From assembly GCA_905178155.1 (NCBI GenBank), contig CAJINV010000011.1, forward strand, positions 1,509,216-1,573,215: a stretch of DNA of 64,000 nucleotides, in the 5' to 3' direction. The stretch comes from Amoebophrya sp. A120. Its lineage: Eukaryota > Protista > Dinoflagellata. The first letter of the stretch is position 1. Each line of letters begins with the position of its first letter. This document shows positions 1-13,700 of this stretch, in pieces. The notes beneath the pieces are model-generated. The model was not told where the DNA came from. It made no database searches and was given only the letters and a program-made list of their open reading frames with translations. A program made the position numbers and the translations under genes.

Positions 1-3000
1 CTCGTGCAGATGATGAAGATGAACCAGTTCCGCAGGGCGACTCCGCGGATATCATCATCGAAAAGAACAGGAAGATCACGGCGTTGGAGAAACAAGTGAA
101 GGAAGCGCAGGACCAACTGAAAGTGTTGAAACACCGCGACCAGAAGGCGAACAAGGTGCAAAACGAGCTGGCCGCAGACAAGGCGTTGTTGGAAGAGCAA
201 AGGAACGCATTGGAGAAGCGCTTGCAGCAATCGCTTCAGGAATTGAAGAAGGAAGCGGAGAGGAGGACGAACACCAGTGATCTTGGTGGGACGAGTGGTG
301 CTCCTGCTTCAAGTTCCGCGTCCTCGGCTGCTGTCCTACTTCCAGGTGATTCATCTAATGCTGGGCAAGCAGCTCCACTTGCATCTTCCGCTCATCTCTC
401 CTCTGCGTTATCCACAGAAGAGAAAGAAGACGCTTTGAATGAAGAACTTCTCCAGAAAGACGTGCAAGTCAAATCGCTCCAGCGCCAGTTGCAGCTCAAA
501 AGGGTCGAAAACGACGAGCTCCGACTCCGATTTCGGAAAAAGCGCGACGCCGCGCACACTGCCGCAAGGCTCGACGGGTTGCTTGCTGCGGAGAATAACA
601 CGGTGGAACAGGATAAGGACAACACTGCTGGTGGTTCTTCCTCTTCTTTCGCCGGCGGTGTGATCTCCCCTTCGAGTGGAAATCAGGCACAGCAACAAGC
701 GAATATCGCACTACAAAATCAGAACCAGATCGCGTCTGCCACGACGGAACTGCGGCAAGCGATTGAGACGGAGTATCGGCAGGAGCTGGAGCTTTACAAG
801 TCTGAGACGCAGAGCAAAATCGAGAAATTCCAAAAAGCCACGCAGGAGGGGAAGAAACACTCGACGGAGCTCACGAAAAAATTGGAATCCGAGTTGACCC
901 GCCAGCAGGAGGAGGTGAAGGCGCAATTAGCGAAATCGGCGGAATTGGAGGAGGAAGTGGAACGACGGAAGGAAAAGTACCGGAAACTGCAGGAGGAATT
1001 GACGCAAACGCAAAGGGACGCGGAAGAACGGGTGCAACAGAAGTTGGCGGCGCAACACAGTGCTGAAGTGGAGCAACTGAAGGCGGAATTGGAAAGTATG
1101 AAGGGGAAACTGGCGGTTGCTGCACGTGTATCAGGACAACCCAGAAAAAGTTCTTCAGGTTCGGTTCATGCCGTTGATGTCGAAGGAGAAAAAGATCTCG
1201 CGGTTGTTGAAAAAGCGCAAACTCATTTTTCCGAGTCCAAAGAAGGTGATGAAGATGCTGTGGTCGCTGAAGTGGAAGAGGGGGAAGTCGCAGCACCTCC
1301 GGACGCAGCTCCCGATGAAGTTGCGATGGATGTGGACGCTGAAGTAGAGCAGCAACTACAGGAACAACCAAGAAACGAGGAGCAAGTTGTCGATGTCGCA
1401 GCTCAGGAGGGAGAAGTCGCTGCTGGCGCTGAAGCTGTTGCAGTACCAGAGATGGACGGTGAGCAGCAGGAACAGATTCTTGTTGGCACCGTTAACGAAC
1501 AGGAGTTGGATGACCCCGAAGAAGTAGACGCCGACAATATGGAAGTCGAAGTAGATGTTGTCGAAAGTAATCAGCACCTCCAAGTTCAAACAAGCACCGT
1601 CGCGGCCCGGGCTGGTGGTATTGAAGATAGTCACGATGCGGAATCCACGGCCAGGAAGACAACCCAAGTTTTTGCGCCAGACGAGGAAGCGTTGCTCGGC
1701 GGGGATGTCGAAGAGGAAGAGCAGCAAGGGAACGATGAGTTAGCGCCGCGACATGCTTCAGCTCAACAGCCGCGACAAACCGACCTCGCTGCGGCGATAA
1801 ATCTCCAAGACCAACAGGGCCTGCAGGAGCTGGTCGCAGCTCAGGTAGAAGGAGCTGCTGGTGTTGAAAAGCAAGAAGCAGAAACGTCAGCGGCCCCTCC
1901 TCCTCCTGCCGCCACGACCCAAGAATACGAAGTTGCAGCAACGCTCGAGATTCCACAAGTAGATCTTCCGTACGCAGAAGCCGAAAACAATGTCGAGGTA
2001 CACCTAGAGGACGCTGCTGCGAACGTCGCCGCCGAAGTTCAGGAGGAGCTTCAAGCGCTTGACGCGGCCATGCAGGACATTGCGGACGAGGAAAAACGAT
2101 TAGAGCAAAGTGGAGGTGATGGGGATGCGGCAGCAGATGAAGATGCCATCGTTATTGAGGAGGTTGCAGCGGAAGAAGGGCAACAAGACGAAATCAGCGA
2201 GGAGTACCAAATTGAAGAGGTTTTGCCCGACAATGTGGATGATGGAAATAACGCTCCGCAAGAAGCGCCTGCTCCAGAAGCAGCAGAAGCACCGCCACCC
2301 ATGGAACCTGCTGCGCGAGTAGGTGGGGACCACGCGGTTGCAGCTGCGACTGGGGCAGTGCCAGGAGTTCTTCCAGTTGCTGTACCAGGTGCCACTACTA
2401 GCACCATCGTCACCGCAACAACATCACAGGCCGCGCAAGACCCACCTCCAGTTCCCCTGTCCCCAAGGAGCCAACTGCTCAAAACAACGACCACAACGAC
2501 GACAACAATGTTGACTACTAAAGTGGTGGAAATTGTTCAGGAAGAAACCTTGATTAGTGGAGACGAAGCTGCCCCCGCGCCAGTAGATGCACCAGCTTCT
2601 TTAGAGGATCAGCAAGCACCGGACACAACTGCAGATGTGCTGGTACTAGCAGACGAGGGCGCCGTGCAGGAGGACGACCAGGGCGCCGTGCAGGAAGAGG
2701 ACCGTGCTCCACCAGAAGCCGTCCCTGGTGCCGACGAAGCCGGTGCAACGGTAGCCGCTGATGAAAATGAAGCGGAAGTTCAGAACCAAACCCGTCCCCC
2801 CGTGGTATTCGATATGGAAACGCCTGCGGCATTGAAGAGTGAAAGCGAAATCTTCGTCACTCCTCAGGGTGGTGGTGCAGAAGAGCCCGACGAGAAGGAT
2901 CTGGAGGGAAAAGAAGAAGCTGTTGCTGGGCCAGGCAGTGCTTCTGCAGACGTAGACGCGAGTGCTAATGTAGCTGACGTTTTCGAGCCTGAGCTGCCTG

Positions 3001-3212
3001 GAGATCATGCCGCGCACACTGCACTAGAGCCAAATGAGCTGCAGGCTCTCGTCGATACTGCTGCCGCCTCTAGCGGAAGCGGTAGTAGTCTAAAGCGTGC
3101 GTCAGCTCAGCCCGCGGCAGTGGCAGTGGATCAAAGTGCACCCGTCGAAGAGGAAACGGGTGAAGCAGCGAAAAAACAGAAAACTGAAGCTGCTGCTTCT
3201 GACGCTGCATAA
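1..3212 (+). CDS. 5'-partial large coiled-coil/acidic low-complexity protein, function unknown
   Basis: Frame open from position 3 through ORF 84..3212; N-terminal E/K/Q heptad-like stretches, long A/E/D-rich tail, basic KKQK near the C-terminus. Confidence 0.75.
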   Translation, partial: RADDEDEPVPQGDSADIIIEKNRKITALEKQVKEAQDQLKVLKHRDQKANKVQNELAADKALLEEQRNALEKRLQQSLQELKKEAERRTNTSDLGGTSGAPASSSASSAAVLLPGDSSNAGQAAPLASSAHLSSALSTEEKEDALNEELLQKDVQVKSLQRQLQLKRVENDELRLRFRKKRDAAHTAARLDGLLAAENNTVEQDKDNTAGGSSSSFAGGVISPSSGNQAQQQANIALQNQNQIASATTELRQAIETEYRQELELYKSETQSKIEKFQKATQEGKKHSTELTKKLESELTRQQEEVKAQLAKSAELEEEVERRKEKYRKLQEELTQTQRDAEERVQQKLAAQHSAEVEQLKAELESMKGKLAVAARVSGQPRKSSSGSVHAVDVEGEKDLAVVEKAQTHFSESKEGDEDAVVAEVEEGEVAAPPDAAPDEVAMDVDAEVEQQLQEQPRNEEQVVDVAAQEGEVAAGAEAVAVPEMDGEQQEQILVGTVNEQELDDPEEVDADNMEVEVDVVESNQHLQVQTSTVAARAGGIEDSHDAESTARKTTQVFAPDEEALLGGDVEEEEQQGNDELAPRHASAQQPRQTDLAAAINLQDQQGLQELVAAQVEGAAGVEKQEAETSAAPPPPAATTQEYEVAATLEIPQVDLPYAEAENNVEVHLEDAAANVAAEVQEELQALDAAMQDIADEEKRLEQSGGDGDAAADEDAIVIEEVAAEEGQQDEISEEYQIEEVLPDNVDDGNNAPQEAPAPEAAEAPPPMEPAARVGGDHAVAAATGAVPGVLPVAVPGATTSTIVTATTSQAAQDPPPVPLSPRSQLLKTTTTTTTTMLTTKVVEIVQEETLISGDEAAPAPVDAPASLEDQQAPDTTADVLVLADEGAVQEDDQGAVQEEDRAPPEAVPGADEAGATVAADENEAEVQNQTRPPVVFDMETPAALKSESEIFVTPQGGGAEEPDEKDLEGKEEAVAGPGSASADVDASANVADVFEPELPGDHAAHTALEPNELQALVDTAAASSGSGSSLKRASAQPAAVAVDQSAPVEEETGEAAKKQKTEAAASDAA

Positions 3213-4292
3213 GTTGTTTGCTGGCTCCAGCTCGATCAGCTTGAAACATGTTTAATACTAACGCGACATGTGTGTGAATGTGACAAATGAAATTATCAAA
3301 GCGAAAACTCAAACACTCAAAGAAAAAAACATATATACGCACCCTCAATCGCTATATCTTGAGGCGGTCACAAGCTTTACACGAAGCTGTGAGAGAGCGT
3401 TGCTGCTGCAAGAAGGGCGAGCAGTGCTACACTTTCTTGTTCGTCGACGTCTACTTTCTCATATTTCTATTTCATTGTGATCCTATGGTATGTACCTTTT
3501 GCTTTTTCTTTTTCGCTCTAATCCGGAAGCCAGGCTAGATGCTGGGGCACACTGAAACGATCAAAGTACGACCAGAGACATGCTGCACGTGAGGATGTAG
3601 CTTTATTTGCTTTTGGATCTAAACTTTCAATTACATAGTGTACGTCTTCATCGTATTCATGTTGATAATATGAGTCAACCTGCACCTGCTATCCGCTCAG
3701 ATGAAAGAGAGATCTCCATATTATCTCCCCCTCGCGCTAAAGTAAAATGCATTCACGGGGCACCTTCTGTTGCTGGTAATCGCCTGTGCCCCTTGTTGTA
3801 GCAAATTCATAGACGTACTTTGTTTTCATTTCAACGAACCGCACATCACGCACCTCCACAGGACGTAGACAAAGTCTACTGAAAAACGTGATCCCATACT
3901 TTACTCTAACTGAAACTGAAAGGTTTCTAACGAAATCTTTGCATGTGCAGTTAAAGCTAAAGGTAAAAGTCAAACACAAACTCGACAACTTTCGAAAAAA
4001 TAATTTTGTAAAGAGCACTAAGCTGCTGCCTCTCAAATATAAATACTCCTTACAACTAGCAGTAGCGTCATTTCTAAGATTTTTTAAACACAACCGCCTT
4101 TGAAAGTTTCTTTGTTTCTTTGCCCAAATTTCAAGTTGAAACTTGAAAAATAGCATTCAAAAGTACCCGCAGTTGATAGTTCAGAAGTACCACTGTCGAC
4201 AGAGACAGAGTCAGAAACTTTCGGGCTCCGACCGCATTTCATCAATCATTATCCACACTGCTCTCGGCATCAAAAAAAATATTTTCACAAAA

Positions 4293-7200
4293 ATGCCTTT
4301 GTATCTCACCGCCAAGTTCAAGATGATGCCTGCCCTTGTGGCAGCTGCACTTGGGGGCGGCATCACGTCGACCTGTGTAGTAACGGCCTCCAATCCTGTC
4401 CGGCCTGGTCCCGTGGCGAAGGGCAAACCAGCTCCGAAACGACAGAGCAGACGTCCGGGGGAAGAACAGCAGGGGCAACATCAGTTGCACTACACAACCG
4501 GAGCACGCTCCACGGTGCGCGTTGTTGGAAGAAATCGGGCCTCCGGACGAGGTGGACAGCAGCAGCAAGGTCGCGCAAGTAACGGTCAGCTGCGGGCGCA
4601 GGAACAGCAACAGCAAGACCACCTAGACCAGCGTGCAGCCATCCCCATCGACGAGGCATTTGCAGATCGCAACCGCCTCGCCCGGACCCAAGTTTTGAGC
4701 GACCACCTGGACAGAACCCAGCCCCAGAGCATTGCGGACGCGAACCTGCTCCGGGCCTTTGTACGGGTCTTGGAGGACGAACGGCGGACGAACAACGGAG
4801 GTATCCGAGACCAGCAGCAAGGACTGCGTCAGCAATCCTTCAGTGGTCCTGTTCGTCGGACTGCTGGTGCGGGACGTCCAGGCCAGCAAGGTGGACAACA
4901 ACCTGCAGTCTATGAGCAGCCGCGCGACACAATGCTTCTACAATACCCCCAGCAGGAGCAGCCACAACGGGGGGATCAGCTGCCAAGTTTGATTTCTCCC
5001 TCCGGCGGAACAAACTATGCAACCCATTCCCTGCACCAGAACCTGTCTGCTGCAACCGTGACTCGCACCCCGTCGCCGACGGACGAAATTCTGAATCACT
5101 TCAACACGATGGAGGATGAGGAGCACGACAATTGGGGCCGAGACAGCTACAGCTCTGGGTCTGGAGGTTTTTCGTCGCCAGAACAAGTCGAATTCGGCGC
5201 GGAAGAGGATGCTTTCATGCGGTCCTTTGCCTGGAACGAACACGACGACTCGCTGACCATTCCGCCGTTTCAGCATTTTTACATCAACCGAGGCCGCGGC
5301 CACAATGACCATCTGCAGATGAATACCATTTCCTGTCCACCGGGGCTGGAAGCCAGAGCCACTCCCGTGACTACTTCGAGCACCTCCATTTTTCCCCGCA
5401 CCAGCACGCCAGCGATGGTTGTGGCTCCGCAGCCGCAGCGTCAGGGCCTTTTTCTCCCGGACCAAGATGAAGATCCGTTTGCGCTGCAGCTGCCCAACAT
5501 GCAGCAGCCCATGCGTGTGGAGATTTTTGACGGGAAAAAGCAAAGCATGGGTCAACAACGTCCGACAGCCAGTGCCTCCGCGGCGACCTCCTATACGTAC
5601 ACCGCCGGTCAGGAATTCCTGAGCGCTGCCACGGCGACGCCCTCATCTCCAAATGGAGTCACTCCCACTGCAGCGGGAACAGCCGGCGCTCCTGCTATGC
5701 GGGCACCGCCCGGGTTGAGTTTAGATCCCAGCAAGTCGAATGGCAGTGTGAGGATGATGTGGATGTGTGTCCCTGTGCCGTTTGATAACAACAAAAAATC
5801 TACAACTTCCAGCCCCGCCGCGGGCAAAGAAGAAGCAGCTCTTGCCCCAGCGCTGGTCGATGGCCATCTTCTACAGAATCTGCAACTTGTTCAGGATCAT
5901 GCTGGTGGCACCGACATTACGGCTGACTCTACGGACGACGTCGAGCGATTGAAGTCCGAGGTTATCGACTATGGAACTCTCAAACGTTACATTCTCAACT
6001 GTTACATGATTTGTCATGCAAATTTACCACCAAGATCGCCGCGATCAAGCTGCTTCGCATAGCAAATCTGCGAAGGGCTAAACAGCATCGAAATCTGTGC
6101 CAAATCTGTAATGCAAAAGGCGCAATCTTCGCCAGTTCACTTTTGCCGTTCTTGCATGACAAACTTATGGAACAGTTGAGAATGTAACATTTGAGAACGC
6201 CATATCGACATGCTGAGGGATATGGGTGACAACTTTGGCACCCAGCTCTCCGACGCTGAGGCAGTGGCCGCCCTGCAGATTGTCAACGAGCGCCTGGCGA
6301 AGCACTCCGAGGAAGAGATTGCGAAGGCCAGGAATTCCCTCGAAGATGGGCGCGCTGAACAAATGAGGCCGATGAAAGCAATCGGACGAGGAGGAGGACC
6401 AGAAAGCCCCACGACGACTCGTCAACACCGAGCATTAGATCATGCTGAAGCCGGCGGCGCGGCCTTCAGAGCACAAAGAAGTGCGACACAAGTAGAGCCT
6501 TTTTTGTCCTCCTCGCAGACGACTGGGGTCTCGGTCAGCAAAAAAACTGCTCTACCGCTGACGAGGGAAAACCAAAACGTGCAGGCGTCTCAGAGCGCGT
6601 TCCTGGCGAAGACTGCTCCAGCACCGGCGCCCGTCGGCTCCTTGGTGCACAACTTCTACACGCTCGAACCGATGTCTGCACATCAAACCGTAGATCGCGT
6701 GCCGCACCAACAACAGCGTCATGATCATCTGGCGTCGGAACAAGAAGATCATGTTCCACAACCGCCGCAGCCCCACCCGCAGTTGCGCCGCTCGCTGAAC
6801 GTCCAGAGGGGGCAACCGAGAACCCCTGGCCAGCAGCACGATGGTATTATTAACGCGAAGACGAGGAACGAGCACGGCAACATCATTATCGTTTCGAAAG
6901 GCTCCGTCGGGCACCCGCACGCCTGCCAGCAAGCCTGCAAGTACCACGGCAAGAAGAGCGGGTGCAAGGACGGAAAGGACTGCGACCGCTGCCACCTGTG
7001 CTTCTGGACGAGCAAGCTCAGCGGGGGCCGGAACTCGCCCGAAGCGAGGGAGAAGCGAAAGGGGATGAAGGAACAAGGCCTCTTGTCGGGAGGTCGAGGC
7101 GCTGCTTCGGCAGCTGGAACGAACCAAGAACAAGAAGACATTATTACACCACAACCTGGTCATCTCGTCTCTTCATCCTCTCCCGCGAGCAGCCCGAGTC

Positions 7201-7445
7201 AACAACAAGAGAGCATGTTGTACAACAACTCAAGCCCTGCCTCCCCGGCGTCTCCGTGGGTCGGGGTCGCTGATCAGCTGGCGGGAACTCGGGAAGATGG
7301 CGTTTTTCATCCAACAGGCAGTCCTTTCTCGACCAGAGGACAAGAAACTGAATCTGCCGACGTGCTGAACCAGGACATCATTCCATTCGCGACGATGAAG
7401 AAAGGCGCACGCGCAGGCCCGATGCTCCCGGGTCGCGTGTCGTGA
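4293..7445 (+). CDS. Protein with hydrophobic N-terminus and C-terminal CCCH-like Cys/His finger (paralog A); one non-canonical intron
   Basis: ORFs 4143..6062 and 6210..7445 join in frame after removing 240 nt (5970-6209). Motif SKGSVGHPHACQQACKYHGKKSGCKDGKDCDRCHLC. Colinear similarity with the gene at 10783-22921. Confidence 0.75.
5970..6204. mobile_element. TIR introner (family E), TSD TCGAC
   Basis: ~50-bp imperfect TIR tatggaactctcaaacgttacattctcaactg / cagttgagaatgtaacatttgagaacgccata; TCGAC at 5965-5969 and 6205-6209; paralog has a single TCGAC at 20428-20432. Confidence 0.92.
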
Positions 7446-10400
7446 GGAAAATTATGTCGGGCTCAGCATATTAGATATTGACAGGTGGAGGTCATAGTCA
7501 CGAAAGACAGCGGTAGTTGATGTTGTATACTTCATTCGATGTCCCTCCTCTTTGTTTTGTCTGTAAATCGCACCACCGCTGTCCTCAGCAACGAACAGGA
7601 GGAAAACCGCGCCGTGCTATCATGCTCCAGCACAGAAGATAACGCTTCCTCCTTATACCAGTAGTAACGCACCACCAGTTGGAGCTGCTCTCGAAGTGTA
7701 CTATTTTTAGATGGTTGTACAAGAACTAAAGATTTTTTTAAATCCACCTTTGTATCCGGGCATCTCCCGCCTTTTTCTTCTTTTTTGCTGCGTTTCGGAA
7801 AACCGCGCGCATTATGTTATCTCTGATTCTAGTACTACGTACAAAGTATATGATGTTTCTATTTTCTCAAAAGTTGTTTTACAAATATACTTAATTATGA
7901 CCGCCCGACGATGAAATCCACCGGTGTTGATAGACGCTCCTTCTTACGAATGGAAATGCCTCAATAATGCTCATGCAAACGTGGTAATCTGTGCGTGCCC
8001 TTCACCTTCTCTATTTATGCTTCTAGTTCTATGGTCTAACCACTGAATTTATTCGCATTTCACACCTTCTCCACCGCTTGCTTCTCGTTCTATTTTTAGT
8101 CTCGCTGTAAAATTTGATTTTTTCGAAAGCACTTTCATATTTCCCGACCTAAGCACTCCAGAAAAACTGCAAAGAGAAGACAGAAGTAGTTCTGAGTAAC
8201 GCTATGACTATTTGTTGTATTTCTATTTCGCTGCACGATGGTCTTTGAAGAGCTTTTTTCGAATACAGAGCAGCTAGCACACCTAGCCACAGCTTTATTT
8301 GCAACCTTAGAATGCCACGAATATCAATATGATTTTAGATTTTTACGGACCTGACATTAATGTTTGCTAACTGGCACCACTTCCATTTGCAGCTCTATTT
8401 CTCGCCCAATTTTGGAACGGAATTTGTGAATTTGGAAATGCGTTTCCCGACAAACTTTCTGCTATTCGCGCCGGCATTTGCTATTTCTTTTGTTTGAGAT
8501 TTTCATCATTTCTGTGCTCTTGTAGTCACGATTTTTTCAACATGATGAAGGGTGTGTAGAAAAATATATTTCAAAGGAGCAAAATAAATGAGAATCTTCT
8601 GTATTTGCAGTCCTCCCTGTAGCATCGAACATGAGTTCAGCAAGCGTAAAACCTCGTTGTGTATGGCACGACGCCGATTTGGATTGTGTTATCTAACACA
8701 TGAGAATCCAGTAACCCGAACGTGAGTGCAGTATGTACAAGCCAGTACTTCGTGCCCCAATGATCTGTTATTTATTCTACGCCATCATAACTTAACCGCT
8801 TTTACTCACATAAAAACGATAACTCGCTACTTGTTGGCATCAATTGCTTCGAGAGCAGATAACTGCTCCTAAGTGCGCAGGTGAGACGCAGAATAGATGA
8901 CCTCCTCCGAAGAAGTACTTAGATGTTAATGTAGGAATATAGATTTTTTGTTGCTCGTTTTCCGTAGCTATTGCTGTATCCGAAGATCTTTATATTTTTA
9001 CGATCGATGCGACGATCGACGAAGTATGTCCAAAATATTTCGGCTTCGGGAGAGATCGAAAGCCCGCTCGCTTTGTTCGAGTAGGGTACGAGAACCGCCT
9101 GAAAACTACACGTTTATGATTTCTTTCGTCTTGTTGTACTTATCATTTCTGGGGGTAGCAACGATACGAACTTTTTTACGCTGCAAGAGCAGATGCAATT
9201 TACGATAGTATCTATAACTACCACTACTGCTGCAAAAATAAACAAGCGGCTTGTGAAGAGGATCGAGCTTCAGAGCTATTTCCGGACTACACCGAAAAAG
9301 AATACAAGCCGTGAAATGAAAAAAACAAAAAGTAGATATAGAGATATCTGATAAACTCAACCGAGATTTGACAATTTCTCCTTCTGTACTCCACCCTGCA
9401 TTTGTTGTATCTATACAGGAACCGAGTTGTCAAGGGCGCTTGCGCACCGGTGACCGTAGACGATGTCGACACAAACACGGCGTATCCTCGTCGCGCAATC
9501 GACGAGTTCACTTGTTCATTTGCATTTATTCGTGACGCGTTTTTTTGTATCGTGCCTCGCTTGTGGTCTTTGTGTGTGCAGGTGCCCTGATATAATTCGG
9601 TCATGATCTCCAGTCGATCTCGATGCTAGTAAATCGCGGCTCTGGAGGACGAGGACCAGCAGATACGAAGATAGCAATGCGGTTGCGGGGCCAGTAGGTA
9701 AATAATAAAACATGATATAATAATTCGCAGATGGAAATTATATTCTCCGCTTCGTCGTCGTCTTCCTTGTCGTCCTCGCAGCCTCTTTTGTTCATCCACT
9801 TGTTCTTTCTTCATTGCGGCCGGCCGCGATCAAAGCTACGGCGGGTGGATTGTTTCGCCACCAGTGATCTATCATCCGTGCCGGCGAATAAAGCGCTATT
9901 TGTTCTGATTTATTCAGTGTCTGTCGTGTTGTCCAAGTGGCATCTTGTTCCGGCGATCGAGATGATCTATCGAGATCTCAGCATATAATGCCAGACATAC
10001 ACAAGAGCTGCAACGCTTTTGCTATCATGTCGTCTCACACCGATTGATCTACTTGTATTTCCCGTTCCCCCTCACAACTTGTTCTAAGTAATGCGATCAC
10101 GTCCTCGCGAGGGCCGCCTTGATCTCGTCAAGAACTGGGGAGTTGGAGTATTTTGATAATGATATTTTTATATTCTGCACCATCTAACTATTGGGAGGGT
10201 TGGGCTTCGCGGTAAGACTTGACAATGGCATACAAATTTGGGATTTTACTTTTCAAGAACATACAACTTCAAAATACCCACAGCACCGGTCGTGGACAAC
10301 ATAGTCTACTGTCGATCAAAGATTTTTTTACAAGTAATTTATGAACCGAGTCTATATTGATATGGATAAGCATAAGGAGAAAGAGATTACAGAGAGCTTT

Positions 10401-10782
10401 ACTTCAACTCGTTCTGGTTCTCTTGACGTGGTAAAACTAAAACTAGAAGGAAGCAAAATTTGACTTCTAAGTCCTTCCAAAAGGCAACGAAATGAATTCT
10501 CACTACTCAAAGAAACACACCCGACCTTTTTTAGCCGCACTCCCGCCGTTTCAAGCTCAGAACGGTGGAAACATACAAGTACTTCTCAAGAAGCGCCGTA
10601 GTATGTAGGTAGTACTGCAACTACGTGGCTGATATTGATAAATAGTTCACTAGTACAACAGCTCGTACCGCAAAAAGTTTGATTTTTCCTCCCTCATCAA
10701 AGAAATAAAGTCTGCTCGAGGTAGCAGAGAATACAATTACACCTTCCGCCCCCAAAAGAACAAGAGCAAGACCAAGATCAAG

Positions 10783-13700
10783 ATGTCATCCTTCACAGCC
10801 ATCAACGGAACGATGATGGCAGTGGCTGCCTTTATTTTGTTTTTGGCAGCAGCTGGTGGTGTCTTCACTTGTGATGTTGTGATGGGCTCTAGTCCACCAG
10901 CACCTTTGCCAGTTGGACCAGTTGGACCACGTCGAGCATCCGCTCTTGCGAAAGGCAAGGCACCAGCCCCGGAAGGACAATCATCCAGGGGTCGTGGTTC
11001 TTTCTTGCTGCCGCGACCAATACCGCGACCAATATCCAAGAAAAGAAGAGGACCATCTTCACATGAGTCACTATCTTCACTGGATACAACCATATATTAT
11101 TCGCAGGAATAAGATTGTGACATAAATGAACAAATCATGGGGTGGTCGTAAGGTTCTTTGTGTAGAAGTGGTAGTGCTGCTGTCGTCATTCGAGGATACA
11201 TCATTGTCGTCGTGTAGTAGCTCCTTCTCCAGGTGGACAAGGAATTTTTGTTATGTCCGCGGAGATACAAGTGCCACGACCTGTTGCTATTGTTAAGTAT
11301 TTGATTCTTGTGATCAGGTCGTGGGAGATTGATGTTGCGCGGACCGCGGGCTCTGATCAGGATATACATAGTGGTCGCATGACAGGAGAACAACTTATCT
11401 GGTACTACAACATGTCGTTCGACATCAAATTTCCCATGCCAATGAAGTTGCAGTTGGTAGATCTAGATAGTGCTCCTTGTTTAGTGGTGATTTTTTCATT
11501 TTGTTCCATAGCCACGGCCAGAGCCAGACCAGTTTGAGCACCCGACCCCCGGGGCTGCAGGACCCTCGTGGTCCGCCGTTGTTTCGGAGCCTCCGGATCA
11601 CAGACAGATGACCACCAGCCCCGGAACTGCCGGAGTAGTACAGGACGAGACAGTGCACACACCGATGACTACCAGCACCGGAACTGCCGGAGCGCAGGAC
11701 GAGACAGATGGTACTAGAGGAGGTACTAGCAGAACCGGAGCCCCCCAGACAGCACAGACACAGTCACAGCTCGCCTTCGACGTCGGCGAGTCTTCGCAAG
11801 CGACGCTAGGCGAGCAGCGCAACCAAGCCTTCGCACGCCTGAGCGAGTCTGCGCGAAGGAGAATACAGCGTTATCGCGCTTGGCAAGGCGAAAGAAGAAG
11901 AGGACAGCAAGAACAGCGCGCAGAGCTGCAGCTGAGCCGTCTGGCGCAGGATAGTGGTGCTTCAGCGGCGTTGCGCGCTCGCTCGTCTGCGGGGGTTCAT
12001 CTTCCCGGAGGCACTAGTACCTCCACCGAGGTTCTTGTCCCCGAAGCCCAGACACACGACGAGGACCCCGGGCACAGGCTACAGGAGCGTCAGCGAGCTC
12101 CGCAAGCGGATGAAGGACTTCGAGAAGAATGGACAGAACTAGTACACCACCAGCAAGGCAGCCACTGCGAAAATCTATTGACGGAATTGCTTCATGAAAA
12201 AAGTATGCAAGAACTGGGGGTTGCAGCAGCCGTCCGAACCGTTCAAAGATTTTTTATCAAATGCAAATATGTTGTATGTAGTGAGGTCACCGAACGGTTC
12301 TAACCAGGGAGTTTTTTTGACAGCTACCCTGAAAAACGACCGGCAGTTTTCAAGCGGCCGGAAGCGTTTTTGCACATAAAAAATTTGCACTTATCAAGCG
12401 GCCGGGGCTTTGAAGTCAAACAAGCCCGGTGGAAAACTATCGACTCGCACTTGATAAAACGACGCAGGGGAGCCGGCAAAAGGGGCGCCCTTCTGAGGCG
12501 CCCACCGCCTTGGTTTCTGGCGATTTGGGGCGCCCAAAAAGGGGCGCGCAAAGAACGCGCTCAAAATCAGAACAGCGAAACAGCATGGCACGGCCGCGAT
12601 TTCGGAGCACTTTAGGCGGCCGCGAAAGCGGCCGCCTTTTCGCCGGTTTCAGAGCCTGGGAAGCTTTGCAAAAAGCGCCGGCGTGAAAAATAAAAACGCG
12701 AAAAAGAAAAAGCGCCCCAGACGCGCAAAGCCAATCCGCATGCTATGGGCCCGATCTTTCTTCGCTTTTTGGGCGCCCCCCGTAGCACCCGGATCGGCCC
12801 CATAGCATGGGGGCTGGCTTTCGGAAAGGAATTTCGGGAATTCGCCAAAATTTGTGACGTTTCTCAAGTGACCGCCATACCGTGCGGCATAACGTTACTC
12901 ACGGTGGTATGGCGAGCCCAAAAAAAGCAAAGCCGCGGCCAAGTTGGCGGTCGGCAAAAAAACGCCCACGACCTCACTACCCCCGCCCCGGCGGCTATAT
13001 TTCGTAAGTTGTATGGGTCTGGAAGGACGCAACTTGTGATGCTGATTTTGGATTCTACAGAAATTTGTATTGCGTGAGCAGCAACAGGAGTCCAGTGCAT
13101 GGTATGCGGAGGGGGCGGCATTTCTCATGCGGTATATCTATGCATCAGGAAGTACTCCTAAAATCTGTGATGCGAGGGCATACATCACAGACATCATTGG
13201 TCATGCAAAATGTGCATGACAAGTCTTGCAGCCTTCCAGACCCAGACAGATTTGCTATTGATAAGATTCGAAGAGCAGCAAGAAGTGGCATTCGAAGAAG
13301 CCCTCCGAGCCGTTCAACGGTTCGAAGAGCAGCGCTTTTTGTATGGGGGTGTCAGGATGGAAATCGACAAAGTGGAAATGGTTTGTCGTGCATATGAAAA
13401 CCGATCCCAGTTGGGCCCCCAATTACTAAGCGCCGGCGCATGACAAAAAAATTTAGCTGCAGTGAAATCCAACCTGTGATGCTGTTTCGGGCAAAGCAGG
13501 GTACACCTGTCATGCCCCTTCGCAGCTCTATCTCTCCCCGAATCAGGCTCCAGCTCGGTCTCACTTGGCATCCTTGCAAGACAGGCACTTTGTGCCTCGC
13601 ATTTTATGCATCACATAATTATTTCAACTTTGTTGATTTCGGTCCTGACGCTTCCATATTTTGGCGCCGGATTATAGTAATTATATCTCGGGCTTGCGCG

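Noticed and set aside
7446-10780. Short ORFs, GATC-rich patches and small hairpins in the intergenic region
   Set aside because: No coherent gene, TIR/TSD pair or RNA structure could be supported by eye.
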